The position numbers and the translations under genes were made by a program. From Thermoanaerobaculia bacterium (GTDB taxonomy: Bacteria; Acidobacteriota; Thermoanaerobaculia; Gp7-AA8): a stretch of 64,000 nt of DNA. The stretch lies in contig DASVLC010000252.1 of assembly GCA_036385045.1 (NCBI GenBank), positions 2,185-66,184 on the forward strand, in the 5' to 3' direction. Under the pieces are notes generated by a model, which was given only the letters and a program-made list of their open reading frames with translations, did not search any database and was not told the DNA's origin. Each line of letters begins with the position of its first letter. Position 1 is the first letter of the stretch. Below are positions 17,517-27,150 of this stretch, piece after piece.

Positions 17517-19699
17517 GCCGGTCTCACGATGTCGTCCATCTCCTGCTCGAAGGTTTCCTCCCCTTTCTCTTTCCCTTCGTAGCGATCTCTATTCTGATTC
17601 TTGCGGTCGGAATCCTCGTGGCGACGAAGAGCTCGCGCATGTCGGCGGCCTCCCGCTCATCGATCATTCTCCTGGCGCTCGCCGTTCCCTTTCTCATCCC
17701 CCTGCTGCAGTCGGCGGGCGCTACTACGTCGCTGATCGAGCCGCACACTCTCGGTCAGGAGGAACCGGCACTCGTGCAGATCGAGCTCGGAGCAGCCAGC
17801 GCGGTCGGTTCCGATGCGCGGCCTTTCGACTGGATCTGCCTGCTCGGCCTCACCTGGGCACTCGGCTGTTTCGCTCTTGTCATTCGTCTGGCGTACCAGG
17901 CACTTCACTGGGGGCGCATTGCCCGGCGAGCCACGCCGGTCACGCATCCGGAGGTCCGCAGGATCTTCGACATCCTCCGCCGGTCGATGGTCCCTGTCGA
18001 CCTGTTCGAGAGTTCCGAATGTGCGCAGCCCGCGGTCGTCGGCATCCGTCACCGCCGCGTCCTCATCCCTTCGCAACTCATCCAACGCCTCGATGAGCGA
18101 GCACTCGCCGCGATGCTGGGCCACGAGCTCGCCCACATCGAGCGCCGGGACAACGTAATCGGGACGCTCGTGGCCGTGATACGCGCCATCTTCTGGTTCG
18201 ACCCGCTACATCACCGCGCCGTGCACCACTATCTCGTGCTGCGTGAGCGCGCGTGCGATGAACGAGTGCTCCAGGACGGCTGCACCCCCGACGACCTCCT
18301 CGCCGCGTTGCGGAGTTGCTGCGACGGAGTCGTTCCCACTCCATCAGTGGCCTGCATGAGCAGCATTCAACTGCCGGAAAGGATCGAGTCGATCATGAAT
18401 CACGATGAGCAGCGTTCTCATTTCTTCTCCTCTCGCCGCGTCTATGTCGCCGGGCTTGCACTCTCTGTCGCGATCGCTGTCGGATCGGCGCTGATACTCC
18501 CGCCTCCCCTCCTCGCACGTCACCTGTTCGAGCCGGCGGCGAGCCCACCCCTATCGTCCCCGCGGGTCTCGGCCACCGCAGAGCCGGCACTCGGACGCCA
18601 GGGGGCGATCGTCGTCAAGGTCGACGTGCGCGACGCGGCGGGCAAGGTCGTCATGTCGCCCACAATCTCGGTGCTTCCGAACCAGGCATTCGAAGTGAGC
18701 ACGGGCGGTCAGAACGATGCGAGCACGTCGAGAATCGTGGCTCGCGGCTCGGTCGACGCCGCATTGAAGGGCGAAGTGGCTGTGACATGGGAATTCGATG
18801 GCGCCGTCACAAGGACGGAGACGGCAACCATCGTGAGGCGGCTCCCGATGCTGGTACCTCCCGGCGATCAGGGTGAGTCGATCTCGATCGAGTTGAATGA
18901 GGCCGAGCTCTCCGACGTTCTCCAGACGTTCTCTCAACTCACCGGCAAGAATGTTACCGCCGCGCCGGGGATCACCGGGAAGGTGAGTCTGAGCGTCACG
19001 GGTCTTCCCTGGAAGCTTGCGCTCGCACGAATCGCATCGCAGCTCCGGCTCAGTCTCGAGAGTGCCCCGGACGGAGGCCTCCGCCTGATTCCGTACGTCG
19101 AAACGCCTCTGCCTCCCGGTGTTCATCGTGTCGGTGGTGATGTCGTTGCGCCGAAGGTCGTGACGCGAGTCGAGCCGGTCTATCCCGAGGAAGCGAGAGC
19201 GGCCGGAGTTTCAGGCATGGTCGTCCTCGAGGCGGTGATCGACGAGTATGGGAATGTCGAGAGCGCCCGCGTTCTGAAGCCGCTACCCTTCGGCCTCGAT
19301 CAGTCGGCGCTGGAGGCGCTCCGCGAATGGAAGTTCGAGCCTGGAACGCTGAACGGGTCGCCCGTAAAGGTGGTCTTCAATCTGACCCTCAACTTCCGCA
19401 TTGCTGAACCGCCGAGCGAGCTGCAGCAACTCTCGGTTCCGCCATCGCGTCTCGCCGGACCAGACCCAATCTATCCGGAGGAGGCGAAGGCGGCGAGGCT
19501 CGAAGGGATCGTCCGACTGCGCGTCACCGTCAGCGCCAGCGGCTCTGTCGAGGATGTTCGGATCATCGGAACTGCTGCCCCTGCCCTCGACGACGCCGCA
19601 GTCGAGGCAGTCCGTCAGTGGGTCTTCTCGCCGGGCCAGCGCGCCGGCGAGGCAGTCTCGTCAACTGTTGATCTCGCGATCCCATTCAAGCTCGAGTGA
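17513..19699 (+). CDS. BlaR1-like M56 peptidase fused to STN and two TonB C-terminal domains
   Basis: 4-bp overlap with blaI. TM helices, then an HEXXH zinc site (LGHELAHIERRDN) of M56. Mid-protein STN-like segment (LSDVLQTFSQLTGKNVTAAPGITGKVSLSV). Two TonB_C repeats (VEPVYPEEARAAGVSGMVVLEAVIDEYGNV... and PDPIYPEEAKAARLEGIVRLRVTVSASGSV...). Confidence 0.8.
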   Translation: MSRSHDVVHLLLEGFLPFLFPFVAISILILAVGILVATKSSRMSAASRSSIILLALAVPFLIPLLQSAGATTSLIEPHTLGQEEPALVQIELGAASAVGSDARPFDWICLLGLTWALGCFALVIRLAYQALHWGRIARRATPVTHPEVRRIFDILRRSMVPVDLFESSECAQPAVVGIRHRRVLIPSQLIQRLDERALAAMLGHELAHIERRDNVIGTLVAVIRAIFWFDPLHHRAVHHYLVLRERACDERVLQDGCTPDDLLAALRSCCDGVVPTPSVACMSSIQLPERIESIMNHDEQRSHFFSSRRVYVAGLALSVAIAVGSALILPPPLLARHLFEPAASPPLSSPRVSATAEPALGRQGAIVVKVDVRDAAGKVVMSPTISVLPNQAFEVSTGGQNDASTSRIVARGSVDAALKGEVAVTWEFDGAVTRTETATIVRRLPMLVPPGDQGESISIELNEAELSDVLQTFSQLTGKNVTAAPGITGKVSLSVTGLPWKLALARIASQLRLSLESAPDGGLRLIPYVETPLPPGVHRVGGDVVAPKVVTRVEPVYPEEARAAGVSGMVVLEAVIDEYGNVESARVLKPLPFGLDQSALEALREWKFEPGTLNGSPVKVVFNLTLNFRIAEPPSELQQLSVPPSRLAGPDPIYPEEAKAARLEGIVRLRVTVSASGSVEDVRIIGTAAPALDDAAVEAVRQWVFSPGQRAGEAVSSTVDLAIPFKLE

Positions 19700-20141
19700 G
19701 TTCGAGGCCCTGTCGCTACGCCGCGACTGAGAGAAAGAAACTCAGCAGAGATTAGGCTTCCACTCAGCCGCGTAGCGGCTTCGGATGGTAGCCGGGGTCT
19801 GAGCGCGGACGCGCTCAGCCCCCCGGTAAACGTCGCAACAACAGTGTGCCGCGTAGCGGCACCGGACCACTACCCGTGCTCGGCAGTGCACGCGTTTCGT
19901 CCGGTGCGGCAGGTTAGTCCGCAAAACCGGGGGTGCTCCGCTCCGCGGCGCTCAGAACCGCATAAACACTGGGAGTGTCTTGAAATCGTAGCGTGGGGAT
20001 CTGGGCGGGCGGGGGGTGGTTTGCACGTGCATCGCACCGCCCACCCACCCAGATCCCTCGCTACGCTCGGGAATGACGGGATTGGACCACCTACAGGAAT
20101 GACAGGCACGACCCGATCGCGGACGCCTCTGGCGATCCGGC

Positions 20142-21059
20142 ATGCGCGATGCGAGAATCGAGCGCGTGAATGTTCTGCGTGGCCTCGCAGGCGTATTCCT
20201 GATGGCGTTGAACACCATCGTCTGCGGGACTGCTCTGCTCGCCCTGGCCGTCATCAAGCTCGTGATTCCGGTCAACCCGGTGCGGCGACGGATCGACCCT
20301 CGGCTGCATCGGCTCGTGGAGCTCTGGATCGCAAACAACACGAGATTGCTCGGCTACGTGCGGTGGGACATGCGCGGGGAGCACGAGTTGAGTCGCGGCC
20401 GCTGGTATCTCGTGACCGCGAACCATCAGAGCTGGGCCGACATCTTCGTCCTGCAGAAGGCCCTGACCGGACGCATCCCTCTACTGAAGTTCTTCCTGAA
20501 ACGTGAGCTGATCTGGGTGCCGGTGGCAGGGCTGGTCTGGTGGGCGCTCGACTTCCCTTTCATGAAGCGTCACTCGGCCGAGTTTCTTCGAGCTCACCCC
20601 GAGCGGCGCGGCGATGATCTCGCTGCGATTCGGAAAGCTTGTGAGCGCTTTTCACTCATTCCGACGGCAGTCATGAACTTCCTCGAGGGAACTCGGTTCA
20701 GCAGCGGCAAGCAGCAGTCCGAGCGCGCTACCTATCGACATCTTCTCGCCCCCAAGGCGGGAGGCATCGCCGTCGCACTCGATGCCATGGGCGAGCGGTT
20801 CCATTCGCTCGTGGACGTGACGATCTTCTATCCCGACAGCACTCCCACATTTTTCGGGATGCTCGCCGGCAACATGCGTCGGGTGGTCGTGCATCTGCAG
20901 GAGCGCGCGATTCCCGAGAACCTTCTCGGCGGCAACTATGCTGCCGATCCCGTCTTCCGCGCGGGTGTTCAGGAGTGGGTCACGCAGCTGTGGCGAGAGA
21001 AAGACCAGCTGCTCGACGACCTGCAACAGGAGTATGCGGACGCAAAGCCGCGAGGTTGA
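20142..21059 (+). CDS. Membrane acyltransferase (PlsC/YihG-like lysophospholipid acyltransferase family)
   Basis: TM N-terminus. Acyltransferase motifs (ANHQSWADIFV; FLEGTRF). Confidence 0.7.
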   Translation: MRDARIERVNVLRGLAGVFLMALNTIVCGTALLALAVIKLVIPVNPVRRRIDPRLHRLVELWIANNTRLLGYVRWDMRGEHELSRGRWYLVTANHQSWADIFVLQKALTGRIPLLKFFLKRELIWVPVAGLVWWALDFPFMKRHSAEFLRAHPERRGDDLAAIRKACERFSLIPTAVMNFLEGTRFSSGKQQSERATYRHLLAPKAGGIAVALDAMGERFHSLVDVTIFYPDSTPTFFGMLAGNMRRVVVHLQERAIPENLLGGNYAADPVFRAGVQEWVTQLWREKDQLLDDLQQEYADAKPRG

Positions 21060-21062
21060 TCG

Positions 21063-22247
21063 TCAGCCCCGCACGCGCACGCCGTCGCCGATCTCGAAAC
21101 TGGGGTGAACGATGACGATCGCCCCCTCCTCCAGACCCTTCACGACTTCGGCCTCGAGAGGGTTCCTCCGACCGATCTCGACCGGCTGACGCCGCGCACG
21201 GCCATCTTCGACCACGAACACGCTCCACTGCTGTTCGATTCGCGCGAGAGCACTCACGGGAACCTTGAGTACCCGCTCGCTTTCCCATACGACGATACGC
21301 GCTTCGACGCGATACGCGTCGCCGAGCTCCGCCGGAGGATCCGTGAGATCCGCGATGACATTGACGCGCTGCTCTTCGATTCCAAGAGCGGAGATCTTCT
21401 GAAACGCGGAGGGCTCGACTAGCCTTACGGTTCCATGGAGCGGACGATCGCCGCCCCACTGGTCGACGACGACTCGATTTCCCGTACGGATTCTCACTGC
21501 ATCTTCGGAAAGAACATCAATCACGAGCTCGAGCTGGCGTGCGTCACCGATCTCGAGGATCGGCGTTCCGGCGGAAACGATACGCTCGCTCCGCTCCGGG
21601 ATCCTGAACAACCGGCCGGCGACTGGCGATCGCACCTCGAGCACACCGCGCGTTCCGGACTGCTCCGGCGTGAAGATTGCTGCCCGCGCTGCAGCGAGAT
21701 TGGAAGTCGCGGCCTGGAGCCTCTGTCTCGCGGCTTCCACTTCGCGCCGGCTCCGCTCTTCACCGATCCTCGCCTGGTCCAGAGTCTGTCCTGCGGCCAC
21801 ACCTTCGCCCGCCAGGCTCTCGATCCGCTCGCGCTCGCGCCGTGCGAGGCCCCACGCGGCTTCCGCCGTCGCGACTGCCGCTGCTGCCTCTCGACGCGTT
21901 GCTTCTGCGCCAGCTACATGAGCCACCCCCTCTTCGCGCTGCCGGGGATCGATTGGGAGGGACACGATCCTCGCGACGACCTGACCAGCATCGATCTGTG
22001 CCCCCTCTCTAAGATCGATGCGTTGAATCGTGCCGCTCACCGGAGCCGTAATCACGAAGCGGTCGACGACCCTGGTTTCTCCGCGCGACTCGATCGTGAC
22101 CGACATCGCTCCTCGCTCCACGGCCGCCGTATCAACCGGCACCGGGTCAGGTAGAAGCGCCATGACGGTGATGATGAGAATGACGAGGGCCGCAACCCCA
22201 TATCCGATCTGACGTTTCTTCAACTTCATCGGATCCCATTGTGTCAC
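21063..22247 (-). CDS. HlyD-family efflux periplasmic adaptor (MacA-like)
   Basis: N-terminal TM, long coiled coil (REAAAAVATAEAAW...RREVEAARQRLQAA), beta-barrel/MPD domains. Alternative start at 22229 (MKLKKRQIG). Confidence 0.8.
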   Translation of the reverse strand: MTQWDPMKLKKRQIGYGVAALVILIITVMALLPDPVPVDTAAVERGAMSVTIESRGETRVVDRFVITAPVSGTIQRIDLREGAQIDAGQVVARIVSLPIDPRQREEGVAHVAGAEATRREAAAAVATAEAAWGLARRERERIESLAGEGVAAGQTLDQARIGEERSRREVEAARQRLQAATSNLAAARAAIFTPEQSGTRGVLEVRSPVAGRLFRIPERSERIVSAGTPILEIGDARQLELVIDVLSEDAVRIRTGNRVVVDQWGGDRPLHGTVRLVEPSAFQKISALGIEEQRVNVIADLTDPPAELGDAYRVEARIVVWESERVLKVPVSALARIEQQWSVFVVEDGRARRQPVEIGRRNPLEAEVVKGLEEGAIVIVHPSFEIGDGVRVRG

Positions 22248-22343
22248 GAGGAGATCGAGAGCCCGGAGTGCAGGCCCTGGATCCCGCCAATCACGTGGAC
22301 GTCGTCGTCGCCGACATGGGGTAAGCCTTCGGGGCGGAGAACG

Positions 22344-24710
22344 TCACTCTCGCGTTTTGAGCACCTCGACGAGATCGAGGGTACGAATCCGACGATGAAC
22401 CAGGAGGCCTGAGATGACGGCCGCGATCACGATGAAGAGGAACGAGGCCGCCCACGTGCGAGGTCCGATGATCAGCGGGAAGCGATAGACGTCGGTCTGA
22501 TAGGCACTCGACATCAGATGGCAGAAAAAGTAGCCGATCGCAAAACCGACCGGAATCGAGATCAGTGTCAGCACCGCCTGTTCGCCGAGGAGCATCGCGC
22601 TCACTTCGCCTCGCGTGAACCCGAGGACGCGAAGGCTCGCGAGCTCGCGTCCGCGTTCTGATAGAGCAATCCTTGCGCTGTTGTAGACCACGCCGATGGC
22701 GATCACGGAGGCAAACCCGATGGTGAATATGTTCATCACCCACATCGACTGCGCGATGGTGTCGCGAAAGGTCTGCAGTGCCGTCTCGCTGATTGAGACC
22801 CCCGCAACTCCGGGCATCCCCTTGAGCCGGGTGTAGAGCTCTGCCGCCTGCGTCTGGTCGATCAGAAGATGGGCACCCGAGACGCTCTTTCCCTCATCCA
22901 TCATCCTGTTCAGCGCGCCGAGCTCCATGTAGGCCGTCATGCCGAGCATCTCATCGATCGTACCCGCCAGCGGGACCTGACGCGTCGGCCTCGACTCGTC
23001 CAGAACCTCGACCGTGAGCAGATCGCCCGGCTTCACTTCGAGCCGCTCGGCAAGATATTTCGTCAGCACGATGCCGTCTGCGGCGATCGGCACTTCACGT
23101 CCCTTGGCATCGACGAGAGGCCGCAGCTGCGCATCAGGAGACAGGCCGATCAGTCCGAGGCGTTTGGAGAGGTGCCCTCGCGAAATGCGGATGGGGACCG
23201 TACGGAATGGCTCTGCGCGCAGTACACCCGGGAGAGCGGTGAGCTCGTGGACCGCGTCAAAGGACCGTGGAACGATGAACGATACCGTAACGTCCTCGCG
23301 CTGCATGACGCCGAACTGCATGCGGAGAAGGTAGTCGATGGTGTCGAAGTTGTAGCCGCCGACCACGAGAATCGACACCGCCATGGCAAGGCCGGCAACC
23401 GAAAAGACCGCCTTCATCTTTCTGCGGGAGAGATTGCGCACGACGATGCGCGAGGCAGGCGTCAGCATGTGACGCATTCCGACGCGTTCGATCCAGCCGG
23501 GACTGAAACGCGGCGGTGCTTCGGGACGCATGGCTTCCGCGGGAGGGAGTGCGATCGCACGGGCTACGGAGGAGCGAGCACCGAGAAGGGCTGCGACGGC
23601 ACTGATCCCTACGGAGGTCGCAAAGAGCGACGCGGAAGCCTGATAGCGAAGCTCGGGGAAGTTGTACAGCGTCTGATACAGATCCATCATGCTGGAGCCG
23701 AGCCAGAGACCGAGAAGGATTCCAGCAATCCCCCCGGCACCGACCGTGAGCATCGCCATCTCCATGTAGTGAAGGCCGACGGTTCGGCTTTCGTAGCCAA
23801 ATGCCTTCAGGATGGCGATCTGATCGCGCTGCAACTGAACCAGACGCGAAAGAACGAGATGAATCAGAAAGGCTGCCACTGCCAGGAAGATCGTGGGCGA
23901 GATGGTCGCTCCCACCTTGAGAGCCTGGATCTCGTCCGAGATGAAGCGGTGTGAGATGTGCTCCTCCCGATCGTGTGCGCCCGCGCCACCCCAGATCGCG
24001 ATCAGATCGTCAATTCTCGAGATCACGTCTGGTGCGCTCGCCCCATGTGCAAGCGTAAGGGAGACATTGTTGAACGCTCCCTCCATATCGAATGCGGCCT
24101 CGAGTGCCTCCTCATTCATCCAGACGACACCGAATCGGCGCTTGTCCGGGAGCAGATCCCCGGTACGGATTTCATAAATGAACTCCGGGGAGAGCGCCGT
24201 GCCGACGATGGTCAACGTCCGCCAGCGTCCATTGATGATGGCTCCGAGCGACGAGCCGGGCGTCAGACCATTAGCGGACGCAAACCCATCGCTGACGAGC
24301 ACCTCATCCGGGCGGTTCGGCGCGATCCATTTCCCGGTGACGAGATGCAGATCGTTCAGAAGTGGCCGCCGGATCGCCGGGATCGAGACCGCACGGCCGG
24401 TCGCCGGTTGTTCGAGACCGCTGACGTCGAGCGTGATATCGCGAACGATCCGCGGCTGGACACTCACGACGCCAGGGATCGATTCGATGCGTCCGACGAG
24501 CGAACGTGGCGCTCGACGCATCGAGGCGAAGATGTCGGCGAACCGGTACTCCGCGTAGTACGTCTGCTGGGACGCGACCAGCGATGCGTAAGCACTGCGC
24601 ATCGTGACCCACGCGGCAATCCCGCAGGCAACCACGAGAGATACAGCGATCAACTGTCCCTTGAGATGCGCCGTGTCGCGAAACAACTTGCGGTCGAGTG
24701 CCCGCATCAC
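22344..24710 (-). CDS. FtsX-like ABC transporter permease (two FtsX/DUF214 modules, MacB-like)
   Basis: 788 aa with two repeats of 4-TM FtsX domains, each preceded by a large periplasmic domain. 4-bp overlap with the upstream ATPase gene. Confidence 0.85.
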   Translation of the reverse strand: MMRALDRKLFRDTAHLKGQLIAVSLVVACGIAAWVTMRSAYASLVASQQTYYAEYRFADIFASMRRAPRSLVGRIESIPGVVSVQPRIVRDITLDVSGLEQPATGRAVSIPAIRRPLLNDLHLVTGKWIAPNRPDEVLVSDGFASANGLTPGSSLGAIINGRWRTLTIVGTALSPEFIYEIRTGDLLPDKRRFGVVWMNEEALEAAFDMEGAFNNVSLTLAHGASAPDVISRIDDLIAIWGGAGAHDREEHISHRFISDEIQALKVGATISPTIFLAVAAFLIHLVLSRLVQLQRDQIAILKAFGYESRTVGLHYMEMAMLTVGAGGIAGILLGLWLGSSMMDLYQTLYNFPELRYQASASLFATSVGISAVAALLGARSSVARAIALPPAEAMRPEAPPRFSPGWIERVGMRHMLTPASRIVVRNLSRRKMKAVFSVAGLAMAVSILVVGGYNFDTIDYLLRMQFGVMQREDVTVSFIVPRSFDAVHELTALPGVLRAEPFRTVPIRISRGHLSKRLGLIGLSPDAQLRPLVDAKGREVPIAADGIVLTKYLAERLEVKPGDLLTVEVLDESRPTRQVPLAGTIDEMLGMTAYMELGALNRMMDEGKSVSGAHLLIDQTQAAELYTRLKGMPGVAGVSISETALQTFRDTIAQSMWVMNIFTIGFASVIAIGVVYNSARIALSERGRELASLRVLGFTRGEVSAMLLGEQAVLTLISIPVGFAIGYFFCHLMSSAYQTDVYRFPLIIGPRTWAASFLFIVIAAVISGLLVHRRIRTLDLVEVLKTRE

Positions 24711-25429
24711 CAGCTCAATTCGTCCGGCGAGAGCTTCGTCTCGTTGACGATGGTTTCTACGATCTCACCGGAACGCATGCGGATCATCCGATCCGCCATG
24801 CCGGCGATCGCGGCGTTGTGGGTGATGACCGCCGTCGTGGTGCCGAGATCACGATTGATGCGCTCCAGCACCTCGAGGACGCGCTTGCCGGTCTTGTAGT
24901 CGAGCGCGCCGGTTGGCTCGTCACACAGAAGAACCTCGGGGCGCTTCGCGATCGCCCGCGCGATCGCAACGCGCTGCTGTTCACCGCCTGAGAGTTGTGC
25001 CGGAAAGTGGTGAAGTCGATCCTCGAGATCCACCATCCGTAATGCTTCGGCGGGAGCCATCGGATCTCTGGCGATCTCAGTGACCAGCGCGACATTCTCA
25101 ACCGCCGTCAGACTGGGAATGAGATTGTAGAACTGGAACACGAAACCGACGTGTTCACGACGGTAGCGAGTCAATGCCCTGTCGTCGTCGACCGTCAGAT
25201 CGTGATCTCGATAGAACACCTCGCCGGACGTCGGCACGTCGAGGCCGCCGAGGATGTTGAGAAGGGTCGACTTCCCACTACCTGACGGCCCTAACAGCAC
25301 CACCAGTTCACCTTCGTAGAGGTCGAGATCGACTCCGGCGAGCGCACGGACCTCGACATCGCCCATCGCATACGTCTTCGTCAGCTTTCTGGCGCTGAAG
25401 ACCGCCTCACGTGCAGTTGTCACTGACAT
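24707..25429 (-). CDS. ABC transporter ATP-binding protein (MacB/LolD-like)
   Basis: Walker [10 protein letters not shown], signature [14 protein letters not shown], Walker [12 protein letters not shown]. Confidence 0.9.
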   Translation of the reverse strand: MSVTTAREAVFSARKLTKTYAMGDVEVRALAGVDLDLYEGELVVLLGPSGSGKSTLLNILGGLDVPTSGEVFYRDHDLTVDDDRALTRYRREHVGFVFQFYNLIPSLTAVENVALVTEIARDPMAPAEALRMVDLEDRLHHFPAQLSGGEQQRVAIARAIAKRPEVLLCDEPTGALDYKTGKRVLEVLERINRDLGTTTAVITHNAAIAGMADRMIRMRSGEIVETIVNETKLSPDELSW

Positions 25430-25476
25430 CCGGCGCCCATCATCTCAGAGTCCCGGCTGCCGGCAAGGGTCCCGGC

Positions 25477-27057
25477 CTACTCGCCGACCTCGTCGACGAA
25501 TCGATCGGCAAAAAGTGGCGCGAGCATGTTGTCGACGGGAGCGTAGTCGTCCGTCAGAACGAATCCCTCACGTTGCTGAAGATACCGTTGCAGGTCGGAA
25601 TGCGGCAGGACGTAGGCTCCCGATGCAGGCGCCTCTTCACGGAGGATCGAAGAAAGCGCCGCGGATGCATAAACCACAAATGTGGAGCGTGAGCTTTCCA
25701 TCTCCTCAGGACCTTCCATCAGAAGGGCGACGTTCGATTCTCCGAAGACCTCCTGCAGCGTTCGGATGTAGGAGGCTAGAAACCGGCCGTTTCGATAGTC
25801 GTCAATCACGTTTGCGGCGAGCACGCCGTCCTGCGTCAGCATGCCCGCCAGACGCCGGGTGAACTCGAGAGTGGTCAGGTGATACGGCACCGAGAGATCG
25901 TCGAAAGCATCGATGAACATCGCGTCGTAGCGTTCCGCGGAGCGCATTGCGAACCATCGTGCGTCCTCGTTGATCGAGCGGATTGCGCTGCTGCGCGTGA
26001 CGCCGAAGAAACGTCTGGCGACACGCGTCACTGCAGGATCGATCTCCACGACGTCGATCTCGGCACCGGGGTGCGCGTGCTCGACCGCGAGAGGCAGTGT
26101 GTATCCGCCTCCTCCGATGAAAAGCAGCCGAAACTTCCCGCTCCTGCGCGCACGCCAGTCGACCGCGTCATTGAAGATTCGCAGGTACCCGTACTCGAGA
26201 TGTGATGGATCGGAAAGATCATTGTAGGAGTGGACCAGATGATCGAGATGAAGAGAGACCAGAGGTGCGCCAGTATCGTCCCTCACCGTCCGCTCGACGC
26301 GAATCGCGTAGTACTGGCTCTCCTCGGCATGAATCTCCCCCATACCCTCGGGGACGAAAGCGGGACCGCCATCGGGCGACGGAAACGGAGAAGAGAAGAG
26401 TGCAACGAGCAAACCTCCCACGGCGAACGCTGCCACCGCCGTCCGTCCCCAGCGTCCGAGCAGGTCACCGAAAAGCAGTGCGGTCAGGATCAGAGCCACG
26501 GCAACGCCATTGAGCGTCGCCCGCGTTCCGAACTCGGCGACAAAGTAGAACCCGGTCATGAACGTGCCGGCGATCGCGCCGAGCGTCGAGAGTGCGGAGA
26601 GTCGCCCGACGACCCTGCCTGCGGTCTCAACGTCCCGCATCGCAAGCCGCACGGCGACCGGAGAGGTCATGCCGAGAAAAAAAGCCGGCGTGAAGAACAG
26701 AAGAAACGAGAGCAGGACTACGCGCTGAAGAAGGGTCATCGCAATGCCGAGGGTCGACAGAAGTCCGTCGTCCGCCGCCAGAAAGTCGATCGCGGGGACG
26801 ATCAGAAATGCGGTCAGTCCGGAGGCGATCAGAAGCAATCCCAGCGTCGATGAGCTGGGCCTTCTGTCGGCAAGCCAGCCCCCCGCCCAGGCTCCCCCGC
26901 TTATCCCCGCAAGGACGACACCGATGATGCTCGTCCATGTGAAGAGCGATACGCCAACGTACGGAGCGAGAACTCGTCCCGCAACGATCTCGATGACCAG
27001 CGTACAGAACGATGCAGAGAAAACAACTACCGCGGCGCGCAGAACCTGAGGTCGCAT
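25477..27057 (-). CDS. Fused polytopic membrane domain / spermidine-synthase-like aminopropyltransferase
   Basis: N-terminal ~220 aa with multiple TM helices. C-terminal spermidine synthase fold (FIGGGGYTLP; DVVEIDPAV; MFIDAFDDLSVPYHLTTLEF). Confidence 0.7.
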   Translation of the reverse strand: MRPQVLRAAVVVFSASFCTLVIEIVAGRVLAPYVGVSLFTWTSIIGVVLAGISGGAWAGGWLADRRPSSSTLGLLLIASGLTAFLIVPAIDFLAADDGLLSTLGIAMTLLQRVVLLSFLLFFTPAFFLGMTSPVAVRLAMRDVETAGRVVGRLSALSTLGAIAGTFMTGFYFVAEFGTRATLNGVAVALILTALLFGDLLGRWGRTAVAAFAVGGLLVALFSSPFPSPDGGPAFVPEGMGEIHAEESQYYAIRVERTVRDDTGAPLVSLHLDHLVHSYNDLSDPSHLEYGYLRIFNDAVDWRARRSGKFRLLFIGGGGYTLPLAVEHAHPGAEIDVVEIDPAVTRVARRFFGVTRSSAIRSINEDARWFAMRSAERYDAMFIDAFDDLSVPYHLTTLEFTRRLAGMLTQDGVLAANVIDDYRNGRFLASYIRTLQEVFGESNVALLMEGPEEMESSRSTFVVYASAALSSILREEAPASGAYVLPHSDLQRYLQQREGFVLTDDYAPVDNMLAPLFADRFVDEVGE

Positions 27058-27150
27058 TGCGCGCGATTATGGCGCCCGACGGATGGAACACCAAGCACGG
27101 GAGGAGGAATGGGCCCTCCAACGCGATTGCGCGTCGGAGGGCAGATGGCG

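Noticed and set aside
19703-20141. Hypothesis that the 439-bp non-coding region is RNase P RNA, tmRNA or SRP RNA
   Set aside because: I could not find the P4 strands (GGAAAGUCCGG / ACAGAACCCGGCUUA with correct spacing). I could not find a tmRNA tag ORF or tRNA-like 3' end (GGUUCGAAUCC…CCA). I could not find the SRP domain IV motif on either strand. It is kept only as an unclassified structured element.
19844-20506. 220-aa ORF covering the structured intergenic region and the 5' part of the acyltransferase gene
   Set aside because: It is Arg-rich with no motifs. It overlaps a well-supported acyltransferase in another frame and runs through a region dominated by hairpins.
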